From: Vulcanimicrobiota bacterium
GTDB taxonomy: Bacteria > Vulcanimicrobiota > Vulcanimicrobiia > Vulcanimicrobiales > Vulcanimicrobiaceae
DNA: 64,000 nt
Reading direction: 5' to 3'
Assembly: GCA_019235885.1 (NCBI GenBank)
Contig: JAFAKB010000005.1
Span: 21,409 to 85,408 of the forward strand
The position numbers and the translations under genes were made by a program. Each line of letters opens with the position of its first letter. The first letter of the stretch is position 1. The notes beneath the pieces were generated by a model. It was not told where the DNA came from. It did no database searches and saw only the letters and a program-made list of their open reading frames with translations. Of this stretch, positions 27,918 to 38,300 are shown in pieces.

Positions 27918-28570
27918 TGGCGCGCCTCGTAGGTCAGCCAGCGACGGTACTCCGCCGGGGAGACGACGCGCACGCTGAACGTCATCAGCGCGTGGTTCAG
28001 CCCGCAGAACTCGGCGCAGCGGCCCAGAAACGTTCCGGTTCGCGAGGGCGTCAGGTCGAACGCGGTCACGAGGCCCGGCGTGGCGTCGCGCTGGAACAGC
28101 ATGTCGGGAACCCAGAACGCGTGCACGACGTCGCGCGAGGAGAGATCCAGCTCGGCGGTTTGCCCGAGCGGCAGCACCATCTCGGGCGGTTTGTCCGAGG
28201 TGCCGCTGACGACCGGGCCTCCCTGGTAGCGAAAGCTCCAGCCCCAGCGATAGCCCTCGACCGCGACCCGCACCGGCGGGGCGGCCGCGAGCGCCTCGAC
28301 GCCGGACTCGATCCGCAAGGTGTAGATGAACAGCGCGATCACGACAAGCAGCGGAGCGATCGTCCAAGCGATCTCCAGCACAGCGTTCGACTCCTTTTGC
28401 GAGCGGGGTGCCGGATTGTGCCGGGAACGCCGAAAGCGCAGCCCCGCAAAGAGAATCAGCGCCCACACCACCAGGGCGACGGCGAGCGCCGCGTAGCTGA
28501 AGACCTTCCAGTCGTCGGCGAGCGCGACGCTTTGCGTGCTGCTGATCGCCGGCCAGGTCTGACCGTGCAC
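27914..28570 (-). CDS. ctaC: Cytochrome c oxidase subunit II
   Basis: Two N-terminal TM helices. CuA motif HAFWVP..CAEFCGLNHALM. Overlaps the ctaD start by 4 nt. Confidence 0.9.
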   Translation of the reverse strand: MHGQTWPAISSTQSVALADDWKVFSYAALAVALVVWALILFAGLRFRRSRHNPAPRSQKESNAVLEIAWTIAPLLVVIALFIYTLRIESGVEALAAAPPVRVAVEGYRWGWSFRYQGGPVVSGTSDKPPEMVLPLGQTAELDLSSRDVVHAFWVPDMLFQRDATPGLVTAFDLTPSRTGTFLGRCAEFCGLNHALMTFSVRVVSPAEYRRWLTYEARQ

Positions 28571-28621
28571 GCGTCCATGCTACCCACGTTTACGGCAACC
28601 CCACCCGGGTAGGGTCATGTC

Positions 28622-29179
28622 ATGCGATCCGTCGCGATCCGGGCGCACCCGCTCGTGTTCGGCACCGTCGTGTTCCTCGCATCGGAGTCGATGCTGTTCG
28701 CAGCGCTGCTGGCGGCGTACTATTACTTGCGCGGCATCGCGGCGCAGTGGCCGCCGCCCGGGACCGAGCTCGACGCCGCCGGGATGGCGGTCGGCACGGC
28801 GTTTCTCGGCTTCGGCAGCCTCACGATGGCGGTCGCGCAAGCCGGCGCGATGCGCGGCCGGCGCGTCCTCGCGCGCGCGATGCTGGCGCTCACGATTCTC
28901 GCGGCGTTCGCCTTTCTGGCGCTCGAGTGGAGCGACTGGAACAGCTCGAACTTCCACCTGGCCGACAACGCGTACGCCACTATCTTCTACGTGATGACCG
29001 GAACGCACTTCGCACATGTGCTGGCCGGCGTCGTCCTGCTCTCGGCGGTCGCGATCTTCTTGCGCACGCCCGCGTTCACGCGCGAGCACCACGCCGGCGT
29101 CGAGGCGGTCGCGTACTACTGGCACTTCGTCTTCGTCGTGTGGCTCGCGCTCTACGCGACGATCTGGCTCGTCCGGTGA
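28622..29179 (+). CDS. ctaE: Cytochrome c oxidase subunit III
   Basis: FLASESMLFAALLAAYYY, TGTHFAHV and AYYWHFVFVVWL motifs. Confidence 0.9.
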   Translation: MRSVAIRAHPLVFGTVVFLASESMLFAALLAAYYYLRGIAAQWPPPGTELDAAGMAVGTAFLGFGSLTMAVAQAGAMRGRRVLARAMLALTILAAFAFLALEWSDWNSSNFHLADNAYATIFYVMTGTHFAHVLAGVVLLSAVAIFLRTPAFTREHHAGVEAVAYYWHFVFVVWLALYATIWLVR

Positions 29180-29952
29180 GGGTCGCGGTCTTCCTCGCGC
29201 TGACGATCGCCGGCGCGCTCGGCGCGACCGTCGCCTCGGCGCTCGGCGCCGATCCGGCGATCCTGAGCGGCGCGCTCGTCGTCGCGTTCTTCGGCCTCGC
29301 GGGCGCGGCGGGGTCCGCCGCGATCGCGCTGCACGCGCCGGACAACCTCGAAGAGCCGCGCCACGCGCGCGGCCCGAGCATCACCTCGCCCGTTCCGAAC
29401 GAAGCGCTCTCGCGCGGCACGTTCGGACGGATGTGGCTGGCCGCGCTCGGCGCGTTCGCGGTGCTCGGTTTCGTGCCGCTGATCTCGCTCGCGCGCAAGC
29501 CGGGGCGGCGCGCGGCGACGGGCTGGCGCGCCGGCGTGCGGCTCGTCGACGCGCAGAACCAGCCGATCGCGCGCGACCGCTTGGCGAACGGCGGGATCGA
29601 GACCGTCTTTCCGCAAGACGGCGTCGAGCTGCCCGACGCGCCGGCCGTCCTGATTCGCGTCGAGCCCGATCTGCTGCGCGGAAACGCGGCGCCCGACGGA
29701 TACGTCGCGTACTCGAAGATCTGCACGCACGCGGGTTGTCCCGTCGCGCTGTACCGCCATCGCTCGCACGAGCTGTACTGCCCGTGCCACCAGTCGCGCT
29801 TCGACGTGCTCGACGGCGCGAAGAACCTCTCCGGCCCGGCGCCGCGGCCGCTCCCGAAGCTCGCGCTCGCCCTCGACGCCGACGGGTATCTCGTCGCGAG
29901 CGGCGACTTCGACGCGCCCGTCGGACCGGACGACTGGGACCGCCGGCCGTGA
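29176..29952 (+). CDS. qcrA: Rieske 2Fe-2S subunit of cytochrome bc complex
   Basis: GTG overlaps the ctaE stop (GTGA). Rieske boxes CTHAGCPV and CPCHQS. Confidence 0.85.
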   Translation: MRVAVFLALTIAGALGATVASALGADPAILSGALVVAFFGLAGAAGSAAIALHAPDNLEEPRHARGPSITSPVPNEALSRGTFGRMWLAALGAFAVLGFVPLISLARKPGRRAATGWRAGVRLVDAQNQPIARDRLANGGIETVFPQDGVELPDAPAVLIRVEPDLLRGNAAPDGYVAYSKICTHAGCPVALYRHRSHELYCPCHQSRFDVLDGAKNLSGPAPRPLPKLALALDADGYLVASGDFDAPVGPDDWDRRP

Positions 29953-31277
29953 TCGTGCGCCGCGTCGTCGGCTGGCTCGACGAGCGCCTGGGCACCAACG
30001 CCGGCGCGCGCTATCTGCTCGCGAAGATCTATCCCGATCACTGGGCGTTCTATCTGGGCGAGTTCGCGCTGTACTTCTTCCTCACGCTGGTCGCGACCGG
30101 GATCTGGCTGACGTTCGCGTTCGACCCGGCACCCGCCAACGCGTACGGCTCGGCGCTCGAGCTCGCGAACCGCGCGCACCCGATCGGGTACGTGATCCGG
30201 CAGGTCCATCACTGGGCGGCGATCTGCTTCGTGGCCGCGATCGTGGTGCACCTGGGCCGCATCTTCTTCACCGGCGCCTTCCGCAAGCCGCGCGAGTTGA
30301 ACTGGATGATCGGGATGACGATGCTCGCGCTGGCGTCGTTCACCGGCTTCACCGGCTACTCGCTGCCGAACGACAGCCTTTCGGGGACGGGCTTGCGCAT
30401 CGCGGACAGCGTCGCGCTCTCGATCCCGTTCGTCGGGCGTTGGGCCGCATCGGTCCTCAACGGCGACGACGCGTTTCCGGGCGCCCTCCTTATCTCCCAC
30501 CTCTACGTGCTGCACGTGTACTACTTGCCGGTGACGATCGGCGCGCTGCTCGCGCTGCACCTCGGCTTGGTGATCTATCAGAAGCACACGCAGTTCGCGC
30601 GCGCTCCGCGGGTCGTGGTCGGGCGCCGCTTCTGGCCCGACTACGCGCTGCGCACGCTGGCGGTCTTCGGCGCGACGCTGGCGGTCCTCGCGCTGCTCGC
30701 CACGTTCGTCGAGATCAATCCCATCGAAAGCTACGGCCCGTACAAGCCGTGGATCGTGACGAACGGCGCGGTCCCCGACTGGTACACCGCGTTCCTCGAA
30801 GGCGCGCTGCGGCTCGGGCCGCCGACCGAGATCACGCTCTTCGGCCATCCGATCCCGCCGGTGTTCTGGCCCGGCCTCGTGCTGCCGACGGTGACGTTCC
30901 TGTTCTTGCTCGTGTGGCCGTTCGTCGAACAGCGTCTCACGCGCGACACCGCTTGGCACGACGTGCTCGACGCGCCGACGCAGCTTCCGCTGCGCGTCGG
31001 CGTCGGCGCGGCGCTGATCTTCGACGGCGTGCTGCTCACCCTCGCCGCCGCCGACGACCAAACCTCCGCGGCGCTGCACCTGCGGCTCGAGACGCTGGTG
31101 TGGGTGTACCGCGTGCTGCTGATCGTCGGACCGCTGGTCGCGGGATTCCTCGCGGCGCACATCGCCGCGGAGATGCGCGCGCGCATCCACGAGAGCGCCG
31201 TCTACCCGTCCGACGCGACGACGATCGTGCGCAACGCGCAGGGCGGTTTCGACGAAGAGGAGCCGCAGCCGGCATGA
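29949..31277 (+). CDS. qcrB: Cytochrome b subunit of bc complex
   Basis: GTG overlaps the qcrA stop. RQVHHWAA and GYSLPNDSLSG motifs. Multi-TM. Confidence 0.9.
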   Translation: MIVRRVVGWLDERLGTNAGARYLLAKIYPDHWAFYLGEFALYFFLTLVATGIWLTFAFDPAPANAYGSALELANRAHPIGYVIRQVHHWAAICFVAAIVVHLGRIFFTGAFRKPRELNWMIGMTMLALASFTGFTGYSLPNDSLSGTGLRIADSVALSIPFVGRWAASVLNGDDAFPGALLISHLYVLHVYYLPVTIGALLALHLGLVIYQKHTQFARAPRVVVGRRFWPDYALRTLAVFGATLAVLALLATFVEINPIESYGPYKPWIVTNGAVPDWYTAFLEGALRLGPPTEITLFGHPIPPVFWPGLVLPTVTFLFLLVWPFVEQRLTRDTAWHDVLDAPTQLPLRVGVGAALIFDGVLLTLAAADDQTSAALHLRLETLVWVYRVLLIVGPLVAGFLAAHIAAEMRARIHESAVYPSDATTIVRNAQGGFDEEEPQPA

Positions 31278-32056
31278 CGGTCGTCCTCGCGCTCGCGCTC
31301 GCCGCCGCGCTCTACGCGTGGGGGCTCGTGCGCGTCGCGCGCGAGCGGCGGCCGTTCCCGCATGCCGCGCCGTTCGCCTTCGCCGCCGGCTTGATCGCGA
31401 TCGCTGTTGCGCTGAGCGCTCCGCTCGACGCGCGCGCCGACGCCTCGCTGAGCTGGCACATGGTGCAGCACCTCGCGTTGATCTCGCTGGCGGCGCCGCT
31501 GCTGATCTTCGGCGCGCCGATTCGGCTCGCGCTCGCGGCGCTGCCGCCGCGCGGCGCGGCGCGGCTCGCGCACGCGCTCAGCAGCGCGCCGATGCGCGCG
31601 CTCGACCATCCGCTGGTCGGCCTGGGACTGCTCACGCTGGTGCTGTTCGGCACGCACTTCTCGCCGCTCTACGAGCGCGCGCTCGAGAACGAGACCGTCC
31701 ACGCCGGCGAGCACGCGCTCTATCTGGGCGCCGGACTGCTCTTCTGGATGCCGATCTTCGCGGTCGCGCCGGCGCCGCACGCGCGCTCGCACCCGCTGCG
31801 CATCCTGGCGCTGTTCTTGAGCCTGCCCTCGAGCGCGTTTCTCGGCTTCGCGTTCTACGTGACGAACCGCGTGCTGTACCCGCACTACGCGGCGCAGCCG
31901 AACGCGCTCGCCGACCAGATGAACGCGGGCGCGGTGATGTGGCTGAGCGCGGGAACGCCGGTCTTGCTCGCGCTGCTGTGGTGCGTCGCGGACTGGGGCG
32001 CGCGCGAGCGCCGGCTCGGCGCGCTCTTCGACGCTTCGCAGGAGGCGCAGCCGTGA
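31274..32056 (+). CDS. ctaG: Cytochrome c oxidase assembly factor CtaG (caa3 type) membrane protein
   Basis: ATG overlaps the qcrB stop (ATGA). Multi-TM with the conserved-looking SWHMVQH motif. Confidence 0.6.
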   Translation: MTVVLALALAAALYAWGLVRVARERRPFPHAAPFAFAAGLIAIAVALSAPLDARADASLSWHMVQHLALISLAAPLLIFGAPIRLALAALPPRGAARLAHALSSAPMRALDHPLVGLGLLTLVLFGTHFSPLYERALENETVHAGEHALYLGAGLLFWMPIFAVAPAPHARSHPLRILALFLSLPSSAFLGFAFYVTNRVLYPHYAAQPNALADQMNAGAVMWLSAGTPVLLALLWCVADWGARERRLGALFDASQEAQP

Positions 32057-32847
32057 CGGCGGCGCCGCTGCTCTCGCTGCTGCTCGCGGCGGCCTCACCG
32101 CTCGCGCCCGCGACGCCCGCCGCCGCCAGCCTGCCGAACGCGCCGAGCTCGCCCGGCGCAGCGCTCTACGCGACGTACTGCGCGAGCTGCCACGGCGCGC
32201 AGGGCTGGGGCACCGCCGACGGACCGGACTTGCGCGGCGTCGGCCTCGCGGACGTCGACTTCTACTTGACGACCGGACGAATGCCGGCCGCGGTGCCGTG
32301 GCTGCAGATCGCGCACCGCGACGAGCGCAGCGGACAAGCCCTTTCGCTGGAACAAATTCGCGCGCTCGAAGACTACCTGGCGCCGACGGTCGCGGGCGGA
32401 CCGCCGATCCCGATGGTGATCGCGAACGGCAACCTCGAGCACGGCCACGCGCTGTATGCGCTGAACTGCGAGCACTGCCACGCGGCGGACGGTCAGGGCG
32501 GTGCGATCGGCCGGCTCGAGTGGGCACCCTCGCTCGAGCGCGCGACGATCAACGAGATCGCCGACGCGATCCGCGCGGGCCCCGGCGAGATGCCGCGCTT
32601 CGCCGACAGCCAGCTCAGCGCCGACGACCTGAACGACGTCGCCTCGTACGTGTTCCGGCTTCCGCTCGATTCGCAAGCGCCGCACGTTCCGCCGTTCCGT
32701 TCGTCCGGTCCGGTGCCGGAGGGCGCGGTCGGGTATCTTGCGGTCATCGCGCTGGTCGCGTTCGTCTTCACGTTCTGGCGGATCGACACCCCGCGCCCCG
32801 AGCGTGAAGAAGCAGTCCGCCGAGACGAAGGAGAACGATCGACGTGA
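32053..32847 (+). CDS. qcrC: Membrane-anchored dihaem cytochrome c (QcrC-like)
   Basis: Two CxxCH motifs (CASCH, CEHCH). C-terminal TM (GYLAVIALVAFVFTFW). GTG overlaps the ctaG stop. Confidence 0.8.
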   Translation: MTAAPLLSLLLAAASPLAPATPAAASLPNAPSSPGAALYATYCASCHGAQGWGTADGPDLRGVGLADVDFYLTTGRMPAAVPWLQIAHRDERSGQALSLEQIRALEDYLAPTVAGGPPIPMVIANGNLEHGHALYALNCEHCHAADGQGGAIGRLEWAPSLERATINEIADAIRAGPGEMPRFADSQLSADDLNDVASYVFRLPLDSQAPHVPPFRSSGPVPEGAVGYLAVIALVAFVFTFWRIDTPRPEREEAVRRDEGERST

Positions 32848-34856
32848 GACGCGGTCCTTGGACGCTCGCGGCGACCGCAACGGCACTTGCCGCGGCGGCG
32901 CTGCTCCTTTCCGGTGCCGCCTCGCGCGTGCAGCACGGCGGCGCGTTTACGCGTGCGCAGGCGACCAGCGGCGAGTACGTCTACGTGCAGTACTGCCTGC
33001 GCTGTCACGGCGCGAACTTGCAGGGCGTCGACGCGGGCGCGCTGATGGGCCCGCAGTTCGGCCGGTCGCTGACGGTCGCGAAGATGAGCACGCCGGACCT
33101 CTACAAGTTCATCAGCGGCGCGATGCCGCTCAACGCGCCGGGCAGCTTGAGCGAGAAGCAATACCTCGACGTGCTGGCGTTCATCCTGGAGAAGAACGGC
33201 TACCCGCCGGGCACCGCGCCGCTCACCAAACCGGCGCTCGCGCGCGTCGCGCTGCTGCCGTATCCGAACCTCGCGCCGAATCCGGTAGCTTCACCGAACC
33301 TGCAGGCGCTCGGGACGCCCACGGTTCCGCCGAGCGCGCACGTCGACCTCGACGACACGCTGCTGCGCGGCGCCGACCGCGACGCGAAGGACTGGCGTCT
33401 TCCCGGGCGCACGTACGCCAACACGCGCTACTCGCCGCTCGCGCAGATCGACGCCGGCAACGTTTCCCGGCTGCAGCCGGTAAAAGTCGTGCACACCGGG
33501 ATGAACGAGAGCTTCGAGACGACCCCGCTCGTCGCCGACGGCGTGATGTACGTGACGACGCCGGTCGTCGAAAGCCGGATGAAGATCCTGGCGCTGAACG
33601 CCGCGACCGGCGAGCTGCTGTGGACGACCAGCTACCCGATCGGGCCGCACAAGATCTGCTGCGGGCCGAACAACCGCGGCGCCGCGCTCGCCTACGGCAA
33701 GCTCTACGTGACGACGCTGGACGCGAAGCTGCTTGCGCTCGACGCGCGCACCGGCGCGCCGAAGTGGGCGGTGAAGCTCGCCGATCCGTCCGTCGGGTAC
33801 TCCGAGAGCATGGCGCCGCAAATCTACGAGCGCGAGGTGATCGTCGGCAGCGCCGGCGCCGAATGGGCGGTGCGCGGCTTCGTCGCCGCGTACGACGCGC
33901 TCACCGGAGCGCCGCGCTGGCGCTGGTGGGCGACCGATCCGAAGACCTTCTCGGGCGACTCGTGGAAAACGGGCGGCGGAACGGTGTGGACGACGCCGGC
34001 GGTCGACGTCGCGCAGGCGCTGGTGATCTTCAGCACCGCCAACCCGAACCCGGACCTCGAGGGCTCGACGCGCAAGGGCGACAACCTCTACACCGACTCG
34101 ATCGTCGCGCTCGACGTGCGCACCGGCAAGCTGCGCTGGTACTACCAAGAGGTGAAGCACGACCTGTGGGACTACGACGCGACCAGCAACGTCGTGCTCT
34201 TCGACCTGCACCAGAACGGCAAGACGATCCCCGCCGCGGGCGAAGCCGGTAAAGTCGGCTGGTACTTCGTCGTCGACCGCCGCACCGGCAAGCTGCTGCG
34301 CAAGTCCGAAGCGTTCGTCGCGCAGAACAAGAACATGTTCGGCAAGAAGTCGGTGCTGCCGGGCGCCAACGGCGGCTCCGAATGGTCGCCGCCGGCGTAC
34401 TCGCCGCAGACCGGCCGGGTCTACGTCCTCGGCATGGATCAGCTCATGGACTTCAAGCCGCAGCCCGGCGCGAACCACCCGGGCTTCCTGCACACCGGCA
34501 GCGTCTTCACCAACGTTCAGAAGCCGCAGAAGATCCAGCGCGGAACCTTCACCGCGATCGACGTCGCGAGCGGAAAGATCGCCTGGCAGTACCACGCGCC
34601 GAAACCGATGATCGGCGGCGCGCTCGCGACCGGGGGCGGGCTGGTCTTCACCGGCGAAGGCGACGGCACGTTCGAAGCGTTCGACGCGCGCAGCGGCAAG
34701 AAGCTGTGGACGTACGCGCTCGACGGCGGCGTGAACGCGCCGCCCGTTTCGTACGAGGTGAACGGCACGCAGTACGTCGCGGTCGCCGCCGGCGGCAACT
34801 TCCAGCTCGACTTCAAGCGCGGCGACGAGTTGGCGATCTTCGCGCTGAAGCGCTAG
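32844..34856 (+). CDS. PQQ-dependent dehydrogenase with N-terminal cytochrome c domain
   Basis: GTG overlaps the qcrC stop. Signal peptide and CLRCH haem motif, then quinoprotein propeller motifs (DWRLPGRTYANTRYSPL, repeated W-motifs, GGSEWSPPAY). Confidence 0.85.
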   Translation: MRRGPWTLAATATALAAAALLLSGAASRVQHGGAFTRAQATSGEYVYVQYCLRCHGANLQGVDAGALMGPQFGRSLTVAKMSTPDLYKFISGAMPLNAPGSLSEKQYLDVLAFILEKNGYPPGTAPLTKPALARVALLPYPNLAPNPVASPNLQALGTPTVPPSAHVDLDDTLLRGADRDAKDWRLPGRTYANTRYSPLAQIDAGNVSRLQPVKVVHTGMNESFETTPLVADGVMYVTTPVVESRMKILALNAATGELLWTTSYPIGPHKICCGPNNRGAALAYGKLYVTTLDAKLLALDARTGAPKWAVKLADPSVGYSESMAPQIYEREVIVGSAGAEWAVRGFVAAYDALTGAPRWRWWATDPKTFSGDSWKTGGGTVWTTPAVDVAQALVIFSTANPNPDLEGSTRKGDNLYTDSIVALDVRTGKLRWYYQEVKHDLWDYDATSNVVLFDLHQNGKTIPAAGEAGKVGWYFVVDRRTGKLLRKSEAFVAQNKNMFGKKSVLPGANGGSEWSPPAYSPQTGRVYVLGMDQLMDFKPQPGANHPGFLHTGSVFTNVQKPQKIQRGTFTAIDVASGKIAWQYHAPKPMIGGALATGGGLVFTGEGDGTFEAFDARSGKKLWTYALDGGVNAPPVSYEVNGTQYVAVAAGGNFQLDFKRGDELAIFALKR

Positions 34857-34859
34857 TCG

Positions 34860-35180
34860 TCAGTCGAGCTGGCGGAGGAACGTCAGCGCGCGCATCATCT
34901 CGTCGATCGCGAGCGGGCCTTGGCCGGCCTTCACCGCGTTGACGAAGGCGTGCTCGAAGTAGTAGCGCAGCGCGACGCGCGCCGCGGCGTCGAGCGCGCC
35001 GCGCACGGCGGCCATCTGGCGCAGCACGTCGATCACGTACGCCCCTTCGTCGAGCTGCGCGAGGATGTGGTCGATGTGGCCGCGCGCCGTCTTCAGGCGG
35101 TTGGTGACGTCCGTCAGGGGTTCGCCTGCCAGCGGCCGGCGCAAGGGGTCGAGTCGGCGAGAGCGCGGCATGTCGTTCAC
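34860..35180 (-). CDS. CsoR/RcnR-family (DUF156) transcriptional repressor, Cys-less variant
   Basis: NRLKTARGHIDHI..YVIDVLRQMAAVRGAL..RYYFEHAF matches the family helix pattern, but the protein contains no cysteine at all. Confidence 0.75.
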   Translation of the reverse strand: MNDMPRSRRLDPLRRPLAGEPLTDVTNRLKTARGHIDHILAQLDEGAYVIDVLRQMAAVRGALDAAARVALRYYFEHAFVNAVKAGQGPLAIDEMMRALTFLRQLD

Positions 35181-35189
35181 CTACACCCG

Positions 35190-35203
35190 TACCCCACGGG
35201 GCA
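35190..35203. promoter_or_regulatory. CsoR-type GC-rich inverted repeat (candidate operator)
   Basis: TACCCC-AC-GGGGCA (5 of 6 positions palindromic), 10 nt upstream of the repressor start, within the 136-nt divergent region to the S8-M4 gene. Confidence 0.45.
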
Positions 35204-35316
35204 GGGTTAAGCCTCGCGACGTCGGCCTCCGGCGAGCCGCGCCGCAGTTCCGGCCGATGACTAGCCCTAGCAAGAATTGGAGGGCAAATCAAGAACCCAT
35301 CCGCCGGGAGGGTTTG

Positions 35317-38300
35317 ATGTCCGACCAGCGGCCCGTCAGAGCGATCCTCGTGAAAGGCCGGTTGCCGCCGCAGGGCGCCGCGTTCACGCTGTCCGGCGCG
35401 CCGCTGGGGCTGGCGCGGACGACCTTCGAGTTCACCTCGCGCCCGCTCTTCACCAGCATCGGCCGCGACGGCGCGCTCGGCATCGCGGCTGCGCCGTCGA
35501 CGTGGCACATCGCCGAGGCGGCGGAGCTCGACGCCGCCCACGGCTGGGACGTTTGCCACGCGCTCGCCGGCAGCGGCCTGGGTCTGGCCGGAAGCGCGGT
35601 GGAGTTCGCCGAGCCCGATCTGCAGCAGCAGTGGACGTTCGGCGAGGACGCGGCACACGCGCTTCGCGCGGCCGGCGGCTGCGACGAGATCTGGAATCAG
35701 GACGGAACCTTTCCGCCGCATCCTGCCGACGACGCGCACCCGCTGTGGTACCGCGACGCGGAGCATTCGAACTTCGCCGGCGGCGCCGGCGACGGCGCGG
35801 GGATCTGCATCGCGCACCTCGACACCGGCATCTCGCCGCACGACACCCAGCCCGTGAACCTGCGCGCCGATTTGCAGCGCAACTTCGTCGACGCCAACTT
35901 TCCGAACGACGCGACGGACCGCTCACCGACGTCCGGGCTCTTGAACCTGCTCGGCCACGGGACGGCGACGATCGCGATTCTCGCCGGCGCCGGCGCGGGC
36001 GGCGGCGCGCCGATCGGCGCCGCGCCCGGCGCGTCGGTCGTTCCGGTGCGCGTCGCGAACGGCGTCGTGCTGTTCAGCAACAGCTCCGTCGCGCAAGGCT
36101 TCGACTACGTGCACGCGCTGCTGCAAGATCCCGCGACGCGCGTGCACGTGGTGACGATGAGCATGGGCGGGCTTGCCTCGCAGGCGTGGGCCGACGCGAT
36201 CAACGCGCTCTACGAGGCGGGCGTCTTCGTGGTGACGGCGGCCGGCAACAACCACGGGAACTTGCCGACGCGCAACATCGTCTACCCGGCGCGGTTTCGG
36301 CGCGTCGTCGCGGCGACCGGCGCGATGTCCGACTTCACACCGTACGCCGACCAGCGGGGTCTCGTGATGGCCGGAAACTACGGACCCGCGAGCAAGATGG
36401 ACACCGCGCTCGCGGCGTTCTCGCCGAACACGCCCTGGGCGCGGATCGGCTGCCCGCACACCGTCGATCACAACGGCTCTGGAACCTCGTCGACCTCACC
36501 GCAGATCGCTGCGGCGGCAGCGCTGTACTGGCAAGCGCATCACGCCGCGCTCGACGATCCGGCGCAGTATCCCGAAGCGTGGATGCGGATCGAGGCGGTG
36601 CGCGCGGCGCTGTTCGGCGCGGCGGCGCGCAAGACCGCGGACGTCGAGCATTTCGGGCAAGGAACGTTGCGCGCGCTCGAAGCGCTCGCGATCGCCCCGC
36701 CCGCGAGCGCGACGCTCAAGAAACAGCCGCCCGACAGCGCCTCGTTCGCGCTGCTCCGCATCTTCACGGGACTCGGCCTCGCCGCGGCGGCCGGCTCGCC
36801 GCAGCAGCGCATGCTCGAGGTCGAAGCGCTGCAGCTCTCGCAGAGCGCGGCGCTCGAAGCGCTCTTGCCCGATCCCGAGCAGCCGCCGGACGATCCGAAG
36901 CAGCGCGCGGCGGTCGCCGAGGCGCTGGCGAGCGATCCGCACGCCTCGCAGGCGCTGCGCGACGCGCTCAAGCCGCTGGTGACCGGGCAGATCCATCCCG
37001 TCGCGACGCCGGCCGCGACGCCGCTGAGCGCGATGGACAAGCTGCATCTCGAGCACGCGATGCAACCGCAGGTCTCCCCGCCCGGGAAACGCCGGTTGCG
37101 CGTCTACGCCTACGATCCGGCGCTCGAGGTGCAGCTCGAAACGTATGCGATCAACCAGGCGGTGGTCGACGTGCGCTGGGAAGGGCTCGAGCCCGGGCCG
37201 GTCGGCGAGTACATCGAGGTCGTCGACGTCGACCCGTCGAGCCGCTGCTGCTACGCGCCGGTCGACCTCGACGACCCGTACGTGCTGGTGCAGAACGGCC
37301 GCGCGCCGGCCGAGTCCGACGCGCAGTTCCACCAGCAGATGGTCTACGCGGTCGCGATGAAGACGATCGAGCACTTCGAGCACGCGCTCGGGCGCGTCGC
37401 GCTGTGGTCGCCGCACGCGACCGGCAGCGGCACGAGCTACGCGGCGAGCTACGTGCAGCGCCTGCGCATCTACCCGCACGCGCTGCGCGAGGCGAACGCG
37501 TACTACAGCCCCGACAAGAAGGCGCTGCTGCTCGGGTACTTCCCGGCGCAAACGAAGAACGTCGGCGTCAACGCGCCCGGCACGCTGGTGTTCGGGTGCC
37601 TCTCGTACGACATCGTCGCGCACGAGACGACGCACGCGCTGCTCGACGGCCTGCACCGCCGCTACAGCGAGCAGACGAACCCGGACGTGCTGGCGTTCCA
37701 CGAAGCGATGGCCGACATCGTCGCGCTGTTCCAGCACTTCACCTTGCCCGAAGCGCTGCGCGACCAGATCGCGAAGACGCGCGGCGATCTCACCCAGGAG
37801 AACCTGCTGAGCGAGCTCGCGTACCAGTTCGGTCAGGCCGAGAAAGGACACGGCGCGCTGCGCGACGCGCTCGGGCACTACGACGACACCGGGACCTGGA
37901 TCGCCAACAAGCCGACCGGCGAGGAGTACATGAGCGCGACCGAACCGCACGACCGCGGCTCGGTGCTGGTCGCCGCGGTGTTCGACGCGTTCCTGCGCAT
38001 CTATCGCATCCGCTGCGCCGATCTGTTTCGGCTGGCTTCGGCGGGGACCGGCGTGCTGCCGCCGGGGAACATCCCGCACGATCTGGTCGAGCGGCTCGCG
38101 CAAGAGGCGAGCAAGGTCGCGAAGCAGTGGCTCGACATCTGCATCCGCGCGCTCGACTACTGCCCGCCGGTGGACCCGACGTTCGGGGACTACCTGCGCG
38201 CGCTGATCACCGCCGACCGCGACCTCGTCCCCGACGACGACCGGTCCTACCGCATCGCGTTCATCTCGGCGTTCCGCGACCGCGGAATCTTCGCGCAGGG

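Noticed and set aside
26361-32527. Long ORFs antisense to ctaD, qcrA, qcrB and ctaG (26361-27932, 29076-31190, 31202-32527)
   Set aside because: They oppose genes with unmistakable haem, copper and Rieske motifs. Their composition is Arg-rich and motif-free.
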